Source of the DNA: Mantamonas sphyraenae STR306
Lineage: Eukaryota > Protista > CRuMs
Assembly: GCA_026936335.1 (NCBI GenBank)
Contig: JAPMXV010000005.1
Span: 1 to 64,000, forward strand
Length of the DNA stretch: 64,000 nt
Direction of reading: 5' to 3'
In this document: one piece after another, positions 1 to 11,011 of the stretch
How positions within the stretch are numbered: position 1 is the stretch's first letter
Layout of the letters: each line of letters starts with the position of its first letter
Translations under genes and position numbers: made by a program
Notes under the pieces: generated by a model
Database searches by the model: none
What the model saw: the letters and a program-made list of their open reading frames with translations, nothing else
Told to the model about the DNA's origin: nothing

Positions 1-152
1 CTAACCCTAACCCTAACCCTAACCCTAACCCTAACCCTAACCCTAACCCTAACCCTAACCCTAACCCTAACCCTAACCCTAACCCTAACCCTAACCCTAA
101 CCCTAACCCTAACCCTAACCCTAACCCTAACCCTAACCCTAACCCTAACCCT
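1..152. repeat. Telomeric repeat array (CCCTAA)n / (TTAGGG)n, ~25 units; left chromosome end
   Basis: Perfect CCCTAA tandem repeat from base 1 to ~152. The C-rich strand reads 5'->3' at the contig start, as expected for a left telomere. Confidence 0.98.
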
Positions 153-525
153 TACTCTATGTAGTCCGAATCCATGGTCGTGTTATCGCCTCTCCGGTCT
201 AGCCCCAGGTGTTCTGTTCATCAGGGTGAACGTTTCCCAATTCTATGTTGTTGTGCGATTCTATCCTTCTTGATTGTTGATGTGAGATAGGTCTATGTCA
301 GATGAGTTGTGCTTATATCTGCTGGCTGGGTGGCTGAGTCGGTTGGTGAAATGGGGCAGTGGGCAATGTGTGGGAGTGGAAATGTCGCTGGTGAGTGGCC
401 GTCGTCCTGCAACGCCGCGCAGTCAGCACTGCCCATCCGCCTTCAACCAAAACATCACCAACACCCACAACACCCTCCACCAGTCCAACACAATCCACAT
501 ACACTCCAGTACCACCACCACTACC

Positions 526-3500
526 ATGGACAAAGACTACTCAAGCACTCCGAAGCAACAACACACACCCAACACCTACCCAGCGTGCGTTCTGCCTTCC
601 ACTCCGTTTTCTGACTTCCCGCTTCTTCCGCTTCCTTGCCTCCTCCATGCCTCCGTCACTTCCCTGCACTCCTCCCCTGCATCTCCACTTCCCCATCACC
701 ACCGGTGCTGCCTCCTCCGCTCTTCTCCGATCCCCTCTCCCCTGTCACTGCCCTCCCCGTTGCCAGTTTTCCGGTCTGCCAATCTCCTCCGTTTTTCCCT
801 CCCTGCTCGTTTCAGCCTCCCTTCACCCCCGCTTCTGCCCTGACGGCGTCCATTCCGCCTTCTGCTCACCTGTACCACCCCACCCTGCCTCTCCCCTTCT
901 CCCCACAGCTACGCGTACATGTTCCCTCCCATGGCTGCCCAGCCATTTCCGAACACGCTGCCCGCCTCTGGCGTACAAAACTCGTACCAGCACCCACAAC
1001 CACCCATCATCTGGGTCCCTGTCAACCCCCATCCCCAGCAGCACCACGCATATGCTCATCAGGGCCGTCTATACTACGCCTACCCTCCTCCGCTACCTCC
1101 GCAGCCGCGACAAACCGCTCAGATGCACTTCGCTCAGACTTCGTTGCACCCTCCGCCTGCTCCACCCACCAAACACCACAACCGCGTCCCCAAACGCATC
1201 AGCCCTGCCTTTGTCGGTATCACACAGACCACATCCACCACCACATCGTCGTCCTCCTCCCACCAGGCCACACGGCAGACTGGAGACAGCGACGACGACG
1301 ACGCAGACCAGGACACACACACACATGACACCGGCGACGTGGAGGACCTGATGTTCCTGAACTTTGGCCATCGGGAACCACTGTCAACCTCCGGCAACTC
1401 AGAGTGGATCAGCAGCTCATGGATGGAGGCGTACGAAGAAGACGGCGAGGCAAACGACGCAACCCAGCAGCACGTGGACGACGAGTTAGAATCTCAGGAC
1501 GCACTCAGCTTTGCAGACACTGGAGACGCCATGGATGAGGAGTACATGCCGCAAGACGACAGCGACGACGACGCAGACGACATGGAGCAGGAAGACGCGG
1601 ACGCATGGCAGCTGAGACGCACAGGTAGAGGCCGTACACGACGTCGCAGAAGCCACAGTCATCGCACTGATTCACAAATGAAGAGTGGCAGCGGACAGCG
1701 CAGGCACAGGGTCACGGCTGGCAGTGGCACAGAGACAGGAACGTCGAGCACACGGGCAAGGATGGCCAAGAACGTAGGCACCGGCGCAGGGAAGAAATCA
1801 GGCGTGACCAAGATGGACAAGTTGCCAGATGGGGTTGTGCGCAAAGGCTGGACAGCGGGACACAGTGACGAGCGCAGCCACAGCAACAAGAAGGAGCACA
1901 CGGCACTGCTGAACCACATGCACACCCTGGCCAACGAGCATCCCATCGACAACATCCCCGACATCATGACCCTGCAGGCGCGTGTTGTGGTCTGCCATGG
2001 CACCCTGAACACGCTGGTCCGACAGATCCAGCTCGCTCTCGGCAACATTCCCCTTTCCCAGGGCGACATGGCCTTCTTTCTCACCCTTGGCCGTGACATG
2101 GATCAACAGGCGTGCAGTTTGGCCATCCACGACGCTGGTCTGGCCATGGGTGTGACAAAGGCTGGGTTGAAGGTGTGCTGGCTGGAGGAGCCACATGACC
2201 ACGGTGACCCCAACTACGCCCTCCTCCACCTGCTCATGACAGAGATGGACATGCTCGGCGACAGGCCCCATCCCACCAGCTGGAAGGAGCACAAGCAGAC
2301 CCAGCTCTGGCTGCAGGAAGCACGACGCCCTGCTGACAACAACCGCGACCCACACTGGACACAATGCGACTACGACCACCACCTCACCACCACCAAGGTG
2401 GACAAGTGGCATCCTGAGTCTGTGCGCAGTGGCTGGAGCAAGACCGCAGACGAGCGTGGCAGCTGCACGACGCGGGAGTTCCAGACGCTGCTGGCACACA
2501 TGAAGGCACGCGCAGCCAAGCACCCTCGCCATCAGCTCACACACGAACACCATGCACTGCGTGAGCTGATCAACAACGGCAGCCTGAAGTCCCTGCTGCG
2601 ACACATCATTCTGGCGCTGGGCAACGTTGGCGTGCCGCCTGTCGACCTGGCCTTCTTTGTCCGCCTCCTCAGGCCACATCTTACCTACCAGAAGATTCAA
2701 GGTGCCATCAGCAGAAACCTCACCTGCGGCGTCACCTCCCTCTCCCTCAAGATCGCCTGGCTCGACAAACCCAAACCCGGCGACGCCACACTGCACACCC
2801 TCCTCCACATCCTCCTCGACCGGATCACACCCCACATCACCACCCGACCTCCCACTACCGCACTCGTCAACAAGCTTGACGTCCCCGAGCTTGTTCTGCC
2901 TGAGCCCACAGAGGAAGAGATGATGGCCGTGGAGGATGGACTGCCAGATGGCATTGTGCGCAGTGGTTGGACAAATTGGCGCAACGAGCGCAGCCACAGG
3001 AACAAGAAGGAGCACACGGCACTGCTGAACCACATGCACACTCTGGCCAACGAACATCCCATCGACGACATCACCGACCTCATGAACCTGCAGGCGCGTG
3101 TCGTGGTCTGCCATGGCACCCTGCGCACGCTGATTCGACAGATTCAGCTCGCTCTGGGCAACATTACCCTCTCCCAGGGCGACATGGCCTTCTTTCTCAC
3201 CCTTCTCGGCCGTGACATGGATCAACGGGCGTGCAGCCTTGTCATCCCCCACGCTGGTCTGGCCATGGGTGTGACAAAGTTTGGGTTGAAGGTGTGCTGT
3301 CTGGAGGAGCCACACGACCACGGTGACCCCAAATTCGCCCTCCTCCACCTGCTCATGACAGAGATGGACATGCTCGGCGACAGGCCTCATCCTACCACCT
3401 GGAAGGAGCACAAGCAGACCCAGCTGCGGCTGCAGAAAGCACAACGCCCTGCTGACAACGACAGCGACCCACACTGGACACAATGCGACTACGACCACCA

Positions 3501-4110
3501 CCTCACCACCACCAAGCTGGAGAAGTGGCATCCCGAGCCTGTGCGCATTGGCTGGAACAGTGCTAATCACGGCGACGAGCGTGGCAGCTGCACGGCACGA
3601 GAGTTCCAGACGCTGCTGGCACACATGAAGGCACGCGCAGCCCAGCACCCTCGCCATCAGCTCACACACGAGCACCAGGCACTGCGTGAGCTGATCAACA
3701 ACGGCAGCCTGCTGTCCCTGCTGCGACACATCATCCTGGCGCTTGGCAACGTTGGCGTGCCGCCTGTCGACCTGGCCTTCTTTGTCCGCCTCCTCAGGCC
3801 ACACCTCACCTACAAGCAGATGGTACAAGGTGCCATCAGCCACACCCTCACCCGCGGTGTCACCTCCCTCTCCCTCAAGATCGCCTGGCTCGACAAACCC
3901 CAACCCAGCGACGCCACACTGCACACCCTCCTCCACACCCTCATCGACCGCATCACACCCCACATCACCACCCGTCCCACCACCGTTGCACTCGTCAACG
4001 CCTACCCCATCCCCTCTTTCACCCTCCCCAAGCGCAAAGACCCTTCCTCCTCCTCCTATTCCTCCTCCTCCTCCTCCTCCTCCTCCTCCAAACGCCAACG
4101 CCTCGAATGA
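526..4110 (+). CDS. Telomere-proximal orphan protein (~1085 aa): low-complexity P/Q-, D/E- and R/S-rich N-terminus, four copies of an unrecognised ~170-190 aa domain, C-terminal NLS-like PKRK...KRQRLE
   Basis: 1063-aa ORF 919..4110. Upstream exon 526..584 (MDKDYSSTP...) joins in frame via intron 585..908 (GTGCGT...TGCTCAC...CCCCACAG). Confidence 0.8.
1819..3995 (+). repeat. Internal tandem duplication, two ~1.12 kb units (starting ~1819 and ~2938), each containing two diverged sub-repeats
   Basis: Near-identical peptides LPDGVVRKGW...NKKEHTALLNHMHTLANEHPID and LPDGIVRSGW...NKKEHTALLNHMHTLANEHPID. The motif GW..ER....E...LL.HM...A..HP...LALGN...D.AFF occurs four times. Confidence 0.95.
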
Positions 4111-4351
4111 ACCCCTTCTCCCCACTCAACCACTCCTCCCCTCCTCACCAACTCCCCAACCATCACCTCGTCGGCAAAACGGCCTGTCCATTCACATTCC
4201 TCACGCACCCGCTCCCTTGCAAACCAAAACCCGACACACCCGACCCGGCATTCGCTCCCCACAAACACGCGCCCGCAGCATGTCGGCATGCAAGTCGCAT
4301 AGCAAGCACTTTGAACCCATTGCCATCTCGTCACTCGTCAACACGACTGCT

Positions 4352-5645
4352 TTAGTCGTTGCCACATCCGCGCAGTTGTAGAACGCGTACGTCAGACGCT
4401 GCGACATCACCTCGGTGGTGCCGTACGAGCTCGGCAGATCCAGCTGGAACGAGCACGTGTGCGACTCGGGCAGAGCAGTCTCGGTGTTGCGGTACGCCGT
4501 GCTCAGCGTAAACGTGTAGCTCGCGTCCTCGCCCAACGGCAGACGCGATCGGCCCCACACAAAGCGCAGGAACAGCTGCCTCTCCTCCGGCGTGTAGTTC
4601 TCCATGCACTCCCAGATCATCTTCACCGTCTTGCTGTCCTTCGTGTACCCGCTGTAGTACGTGTGCTTCTTCAGCAGCTCCACCGGCACGTCGGCAACAC
4701 CGCACATGCGCAGCTGGATGTCCTGCCACGTAAACAGCGAAAACAGGCGCACCGGCACCATGCACGCCAGACCCTCGCGGATCCAGCCCACCTGCGTGTC
4801 AAACTCGTTCAGACGAGCCTGCTCCACAAGGCGCACGTACTCGTGGCGGTTCTCAAACGTCACCTTCTTGTGCTTGCCACCCTCCACAAGCTCCACCTCC
4901 GTGCCGTCCGTCAGATGCGTCGTGAATGTCTCGTCAATCACGTCCCCAAACATCTCCGACGTCACGCCCTTCTTGTCAATGTCCACGATGGCGTCGTTGC
5001 ACTGCACGCACATCGTGTCCATGGCCACCAGATCCGCACGCGTCACCGGGAACTGCACCAGCTTCTTCCAGAACACAGGTGACATTGCAAGCTCCATCGT
5101 CATGTTCTGGCGCAGACCCACGCCCATCAGCTTGCCCAGGAACTGGTAGTGGTCCTTGTACACCTGGCCCTTGCCGCTCGGTTTCGGCACAAACGTGTCA
5201 CGGTGCATGCCGTTGTCGCTCTTAAAGTTGCACACATGCACAAGCAGGTCGATGTGCGGCGACTGGATCTCGCGGATCATCTGCGAGAATGTCTCACGGT
5301 ACGGTCCGCCAGCATCGATCGACGACTCGCCGTAAAGTCCACGTGCCACGCCTGGCTGCTCGGCCTCTGGCGCAGGTTCTTCACGTGCGTCTTGAGAGTT
5401 GCCGCAATCTGGCCAAACACACTGCCCGTCAGCGTCTCCTCGCTCGGCTCCTGGTCCCACAGATCCACCGTCTTCTGGCGGTTGATCGTGATGTCCGGGC
5501 GATAGTCGCTGCAGTGCGTGCCCATTCGCTCCACGCGGATCATGGTGTCTTCAAGAGGCGTTTCAATGTCGACAATGCGCCCTGGGCGCATTGTGTGCGA
5601 GTGTACGAGGGCAGACGTCCAAGCTCGAGAGCGCAGGTTTCTCAA
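4352..5645 (-). pseudogene. 5'-truncated, frameshifted C-terminal HECT domain of a HERC-like E3 ubiquitin ligase
   Basis: HECT motifs GESSIDAGGPYRE, FLGKLMG, LFLRFVWGRSRLP and LPESHTC(S)FQLDLP. A frame break at ~5332 splits WHVDF/T-GESSID. A probable second break at ~4361 (GTG GC AAC GAC TAA; expected D-V-D-N-D-stop). No ATG or N-terminal domains. Confidence 0.75.
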
Positions 5646-6108
5646 CCTCCTTTAAGTGCCCTGCTCCAGCCACATACCACACAACGAGAAACACAGAGCA
5701 CCCCTGTGCATGGAAATGATCTGAACAGTCCTGGGTCCATGTCACTTCCGCCTGGGGCTCGGGTTCTCGTGCATCCGGGCGCGCACATAGTTGCAGCAAC
5801 ACAGCGCGTGTTCACGCCTTCGCACAACACCGTGCAAGCAGAAGCAGACGAAAACCGGAGTCTTTGGGGGCAGGATGAGAGCGGGGACACCAGTAGAAGC
5901 AGCAGGCAGCTGGAGGACGTCGACGCGCGTCAGGTGCAACGACAACCACAACGCGGCGACAATGACAAAAAAGATGGGAATGGGTACGCGGAAGGCGTAT
6001 GGTTGAGGGAGATCCCCCATCCCATCCCAACAACGACCCTCGCTCACCCAACAACGGGGCAGGAGGACGATGGAGAGAGGTCCGCGGCCCAACCCACCAA
6101 AAGCAACC

Positions 6109-7952
6109 ATGTCTGACGCTGCAATCAAAATGTTGTTGGAGCGAGGGGCAAGTGTGGATACCTTGATCCCTTTCATGCGAGTGGATGAGACAACCGAGGT
6201 TGGTACCCCGTTCCTTTCTCTTGTCTGGTGCATGCTTTTTGATGGTCGCTGACGAAAGCGAAGCTATGAGGGCCAACTTGAGGCTTGTGGACATCCTTTG
6301 TGTCCATTCACCACGTAACACGGCCACTTACACAACTAGAAACTCTCATTCACGCGAATCAGCTCTCCTTTCCGGAACAATATGTTGAACTTGAACTGGA
6401 AATTCTCCAGCGGTATTTCCAAGCCGAGTCATACGCCCCGCACATCACGAAGATCAATCTGATTGGCCTGCCATTGGAAACGGGCACCGCACAATTGCTG
6501 GCAAAGGTCATCAAGGGGTCAAACATCATCTCCGAGCTGGCTGTGGGTGACGAGTGGTACTCGCTGGGGTCGAAGGACATTGTTGATCTTTCCGCAGCAA
6601 TAGGGGAAAGCACGTCCATGTGTGACGTGCTCATCTGGACAGATGTGACCGAGGAAGCAGCAGAGAGCATTGGTGTAGCCATTGCCAAGAGCAACACACT
6701 GGAGAAGCTTGTTTTGGAGCTGGAGGAGAACAACGACGCGCTGGTGAGGCACATCTGCGCAGGAGTCCAAGAAAGTTCATCCTTCCGATCGCTGAGGATG
6801 GTCGGTCCGGGTATGCTCACCGATGCAGCCATGGGAGCCGTGGCTGAGGCACTTGAACGGTGCCAATCGTTGGAGTTTGTCTACATCGAACCGCTTGAAC
6901 CAGACGCAGTCAAGGTGTTGGCTCGTGGTGTCTCCTGCGCGAAGAGTTTGATCTCCTTCATGACTGACACCGGCGGGGGAGTTTCGCCAGTGGACATGGA
7001 GGTGCTGGAAGATGCATTGCATGCGAACCGATCATGCATTGAGTTTGTCCTGCTGGATGAACTGAGTGAAGCGGCAGAAGGGTCTCTGCTGCGCAACCAG
7101 CGCGCAGCCGAGGCATTTGTGTTGGCTGCTGCAAAAGGCCAAGTGGAAGTGATGCAACGGTGGCTGGACTGGGGCGTGAGCATCAACACGAATCCAGATA
7201 TGCAAACTGCCATCAATGCGGCTGTGGAGAACAAAAGGTTCTCAGCTGTGGCGTGGCTCATCCAAAAGGGTGCACACTGCCCAGAGAGCGTCCTCGCGAG
7301 TGTACGTAGCGAGGGATGGAACCGATCTCATCACTGGGCATGGGACACAAAGGAGAACGAGGCACTGGAAGCTGCATTGGTCATGAATGCGAGCGAGCGG
7401 GAGGTGATGTTTGAGATCGGCGGGATGGATGGGTATGAGGCAACCGCAGAGTGGTGGACTCTGCCAGATGAGGTGATGGACAGAGTGGTGGGGTGGTTGA
7501 TGGACAGCGATCCATCGCACCATGAGGTCTCTTGGTGTTGGCGGCACTTTGACATGGTCAAAGAGCACGTGCCAGACATGTTTCCGGGAATGCTGTTTGC
7601 AGCGTCTAGGAATGGTTATGAAGACAGAGTACGACAGTTGCTGGATGCAGGCATGGACGCAAACATCTTGAACGAGTTCGGGTGGACGCCGCTGATGGTG
7701 GCAGCGGAGGAGGGCCACTTGCGCTGTGTGCAAAGTTTGCTGGCCGGCGGAGCGGACGTGCACGTCAAGAGGCCGAACGGGAGGACAGCGTTGACCTCGG
7801 CTGTGGTTGAGAAGCATGCGGATGTGGTGGCGGCGCTGGTGATGGCAGGTGCACATCCCGAGTCTGTTGAAGCTGAAATGGAACGGTACGGGACTGACGA
7901 TTTGCGCAAGGCACTGTTGGATCCACAGGGATGGACGGGTCGGAAAGGATGA
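6109..7952 (+). CDS. Degenerate RNI-like LRR + ankyrin + F-box-like motif + ankyrin protein
   Basis: 555-aa ORF with LRR-like segments (LAKVIKGSNIISELAV, IAKSNTLEKLVL) and ankyrin motifs (GWTPLMVAAEEGHLRCVQSLLAGGAD, GRTALTSAV). A probable first exon from ATG 6109 is spliced (GTACCC...GCTGAC...TGAG) into the ORF; this 5' exon is less certain. Confidence 0.8.
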
Positions 7953-8278
7953 ACCCCTCCTCCACCAACAAAGGGATTGAGTGCATCCAGGCAAACTCGG
8001 CGAGCAAGGGACTCACGCAACAGGCAAAGTGAACTGTCAAACGCAAACAGGAATACGAGAAAGTGATGTTCAGCCGCGCAAGGTACACATTGTGTTTGGC
8101 TTCACGAGCGTCAGGCGGCCGACACCCGAGTTGAAAGAGCAGCTGGAGGCGCATTCCAATGAACCAACGCTGCCCAACCATCCTCTGCCTCCCACCCGAA
8201 GCCCAAACCAGGAGCAACCAAATCCTTCCATTTCCTTTGGAGGCCCGCAATCATCAGGTGCTTGCTGCCCGCACCCGA

Positions 8279-8522
8279 CCTCTCCCTCAAGATCGCCTGG
8301 CTCGACACCCCCCAACCCAGCGACGCCACACTGCACACTCTCCTCCACACACTCCTCGACCGCATCACACCCCACATCACCACCCGTCCCACCACCCCTG
8401 CACTCGTCAACGCCTACCCCATCCCCTCCTTCACCCTCCCCAAGCGCAAAGACACTTCCTCCTCCTCCTCCTCCTCCTCCTCCTCCTCCTCCTCCTCCAA
8501 ACGCCAACGCCTCGAATGAACC
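8279..8522 (+). pseudogene. Duplicated 3' end of the telomere-proximal orphan gene (copy of ~3867..4113)
   Basis: Near-identical DNA and peptide LSLKIAWLD.PQPSDATLHTLLHTL.DRITPHITTRPTT.ALVNAYPIPSFTLPKRKD.(S)n KRQRLE*, with no upstream part of the gene. Confidence 0.9.
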
Positions 8523-8548
8523 ACCCTTTCATTCTCACATCCTCCCAC

Positions 8549-10379
8549 TCACCCTCCCCTCCCCACCCACCCAACCACTCTCTCCATCACCTCATCTGGC
8601 AGTGTCACCCACCCTTCCCACCCTCTCCCCTCCACATACTCCTCCATCCCACCACACCCAAACATCGCCTCCCGCTCCTCCCCATTCATCACCAACGCCA
8701 CCTCAATCGCCTCATCCACCTGTTCACCCCAACCAACCCAATGCCACGCCTTCCTCCACCCTGCCTTCCTCACCATCTCCTCCGTTTCCATCCTCGGCTT
8801 CGCACCCCACGCCCGCAACACCTCCACAATCCTCTCATCCCCTCGCTTCACCCCTCTCTCCAGCGCAGTCTCATTCCCCCTATCCCCTGCAAACGTGTCC
8901 ACAGGCACACCCCACTCCCTCAACTCTCCCATCTTCTCCACATCCCCACACTCCACAAACTGCACATGCTGCTTCTTGTTCCGCTCCAACAGCGACCGCA
9001 AAGCGCGGTTGACAAGGCCATCGATGCTCCAGCACGACCGATTGCCTTGCATTGCCTTTGTGAGCGCCACTGCTCCTTCTTCCCCAATGGTTTTTCTGTC
9101 GAGGTCCAGTCTCTGCAAGCTACTGTTCTCACTCAGTGCCTGAGCCAATGCTGCTGCTCCCTGTCCCCCGAGATTGTTGCCCCTGAGGTTCAGTGTCCAC
9201 AATGTCATGTTCTCCGCCAGTGCCTGCGCCAGTGCTTCAGCTCCATTTGCTCCGATACTGTTGTTCCGGAGGTCCAGTCTCTGCAAGCTGCTGTTCTCAC
9301 TCAGTGCCTGCGCCAATGCTGCTGCTCCATCATCACCGATGCTGTTGTCCATGAGGACAAGAGCTTGCAAGTTGCTGTACTCCTTCAATGCCTGTGCCAG
9401 TGCTGTTGCTCCTTCTGCCCCGATGCTGTTGCTTGCGAGCCCAAGTGTCTGCAAGTTGCTCGTCCTCAGTCCGGTGGCCAGCGCTGCTGCTCCTGTGTCC
9501 CCGACGCCGTTTCTCCAGAGGGACAATGTCCGCAAGCTGCTGTTCCCACTTAGTCCATGCGCCAGTGCTGCTGCTCCGTCTGCTCCGATGTCGTTCCTCC
9601 CGAGGTCCAGAGTCTGCAAGCTGCAGCTCACTTCAAGTCCCTTGGCCAGCGCTGCTGCTCCCTCTGACCCGAGGCTGATCGAAATGAGGATCAGCGTCTT
9701 CAAGTTGCTCTTCTCTCCCAGGGCATGTGCCAGTGCTCCAGCTCCTTCTGCCCCGATCCTGTTGCCGCTGAGGCTCAGTGTTTGCAAGCTGCTGTTCTCA
9801 CTCAGTCCCTGCGCCAGTGCTGCTGCTCCCTCTGCCCCGATGCTGTTGAAGTTGAGGCGCAGTGTCTGCAAGCAACAGTTCTCACTCAAGGCCTGCCCCA
9901 GGGCTGCTGCTCCTTCGTCTCCGATCTTGTTGTCCTCGAGGTTCAGTGTCTGCAAACCGCTGTTCTCACACAGTGCGTGTGCCAACGCTGCTGCTCCCTT
10001 GTCCCCGAGGCTGTTCTCCTCGAGAATCAGTGTCTGCAAGCTGCTGTTCTCACACAGTGCGTTTGCCAGTGCTGCTGCTCCTGTTTCCCCGATGCAGTTC
10101 CTGCAAAGGTTCAGTGTTTGCAAGCGGCAGTTCTTCGCTAGCGCCTTGGCCAGCGCTACTGCCTCATCGTCTCCTAGATCCTCCCAATCAATGCTCACTT
10201 CCTGTGCACCGGGTGTCAGCACACACACAAATGCTGCCCTCCTCGCTTCTTCGTGCAACACGTCCCCCTGTGTTCCAGTCCCAACCCACCATTCCCACTG
10301 CCTCCAGTGCGCTGCAAATCTGTGCATGATCCCCGCTCTCCAGCAGAGCCATCCAATCATGAATCTCCAGCGAGCTCAT
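8549..10379 (-). CDS. NLRC3/RNI-type LRR-array protein with an ankyrin-like segment and C-terminal F-box-like motif
   Basis: Exon 1 10379..10290 (MSSLEIHDW...), intron 10289..10202 (GTGGGT...GCTGAC...CAG), then 13 28-aa LRRs (LQTLxLxxNxIGxEGAAALAxALxEN), an ankyrin-like GNETALERGV segment, and terminal TLPDEVMERVVGWV. Confidence 0.9.
9050..10190 (-). repeat. 84-bp tandem array encoding 13 LRR units
   Basis: Recurrent plus-strand DNA blocks such as 'gtctgcaagctgctgttctcac' and 'gccagtgctgctgctcc' at ~84-bp spacing. Confidence 0.9.
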
Positions 10380-11011
10380 TTTGTCTGCTTTGCCCGTTGT
10401 GAGTGTATGTTCGCCCACCTTCCCTCTTCTCCGACCGCCTTCCTTCTCCCTCTCCGCTACCAGTCCACATGGTCTCCTTCCACCCAGTTTACCTACCTTC
10501 GGATTCTGTGAGGACGAGCCGGTTGTGCCGGTTGTTAGATGCTGCATGCTGCTGCTGCGTCTACGCGAGCGCCCAAAAAAAGCCGTCCCAATCCCCTTCC
10601 CTCCCAGCCCCTCCCTCCCGTTGTTTGAGCAATCCAGTGTTTCAATGCGCGATGCGTCCTCCTACGCATTGCACAGTCAGACTCTGGATTGATCGCCCAG
10701 CGTTGGCTTGGCGTGGTGCGTGGGGGCAGCACGACGCGCTCCAGAGCGAGTTCGTTCACAAGCGCCACGCCAAGGGAAGCTGTCTGACGCGCCCCCAGCG
10801 CACCCACCAGACACTTCTGCCAAAACGAGGCACCCATATGTCATCAACCCACCTTGTCGGTCCATCTCGTTGCGTCAGTTGTGATGGGATTGCCAGCGCA
10901 CCGACTGCGCTGCTTCCACCGTCAATCCTGTACGCTGCATTCAGGGATAAGGGGTGTGAGAAGGTTGACCAGCTCTCCACCTTCACAAAAATGAAGTGCC
11001 AGCGACTCATT

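Noticed and set aside
526-4110. Telomere-associated retrotransposon or Y'-like helicase element
   Set aside because: No RT, endonuclease, gag zinc-knuckle or helicase motifs, no poly(A) tail or terminal repeats, and the gene has a canonical spliceosomal intron.
5646-6108. Possible coding fragments between the HECT piece and the LRR-ANK gene (also 7953..8278)
   Set aside because: No recognisable motifs or consistent splice model, so left unannotated.
3867-8522. Direct repeats at 3867..4113 and 8279..8522 as LTRs of a retroelement
   Set aside because: The repeat is coding sequence from a gene 3' end, lacks TG...CA ends, and the interior has no gag/pol.
9050-10190. Regularly spaced repeats with variable intervening bases resembling a CRISPR array
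   Set aside because: The 84-bp period is in frame and encodes 28-aa LRRs. The context is eukaryotic and there are no cas genes.
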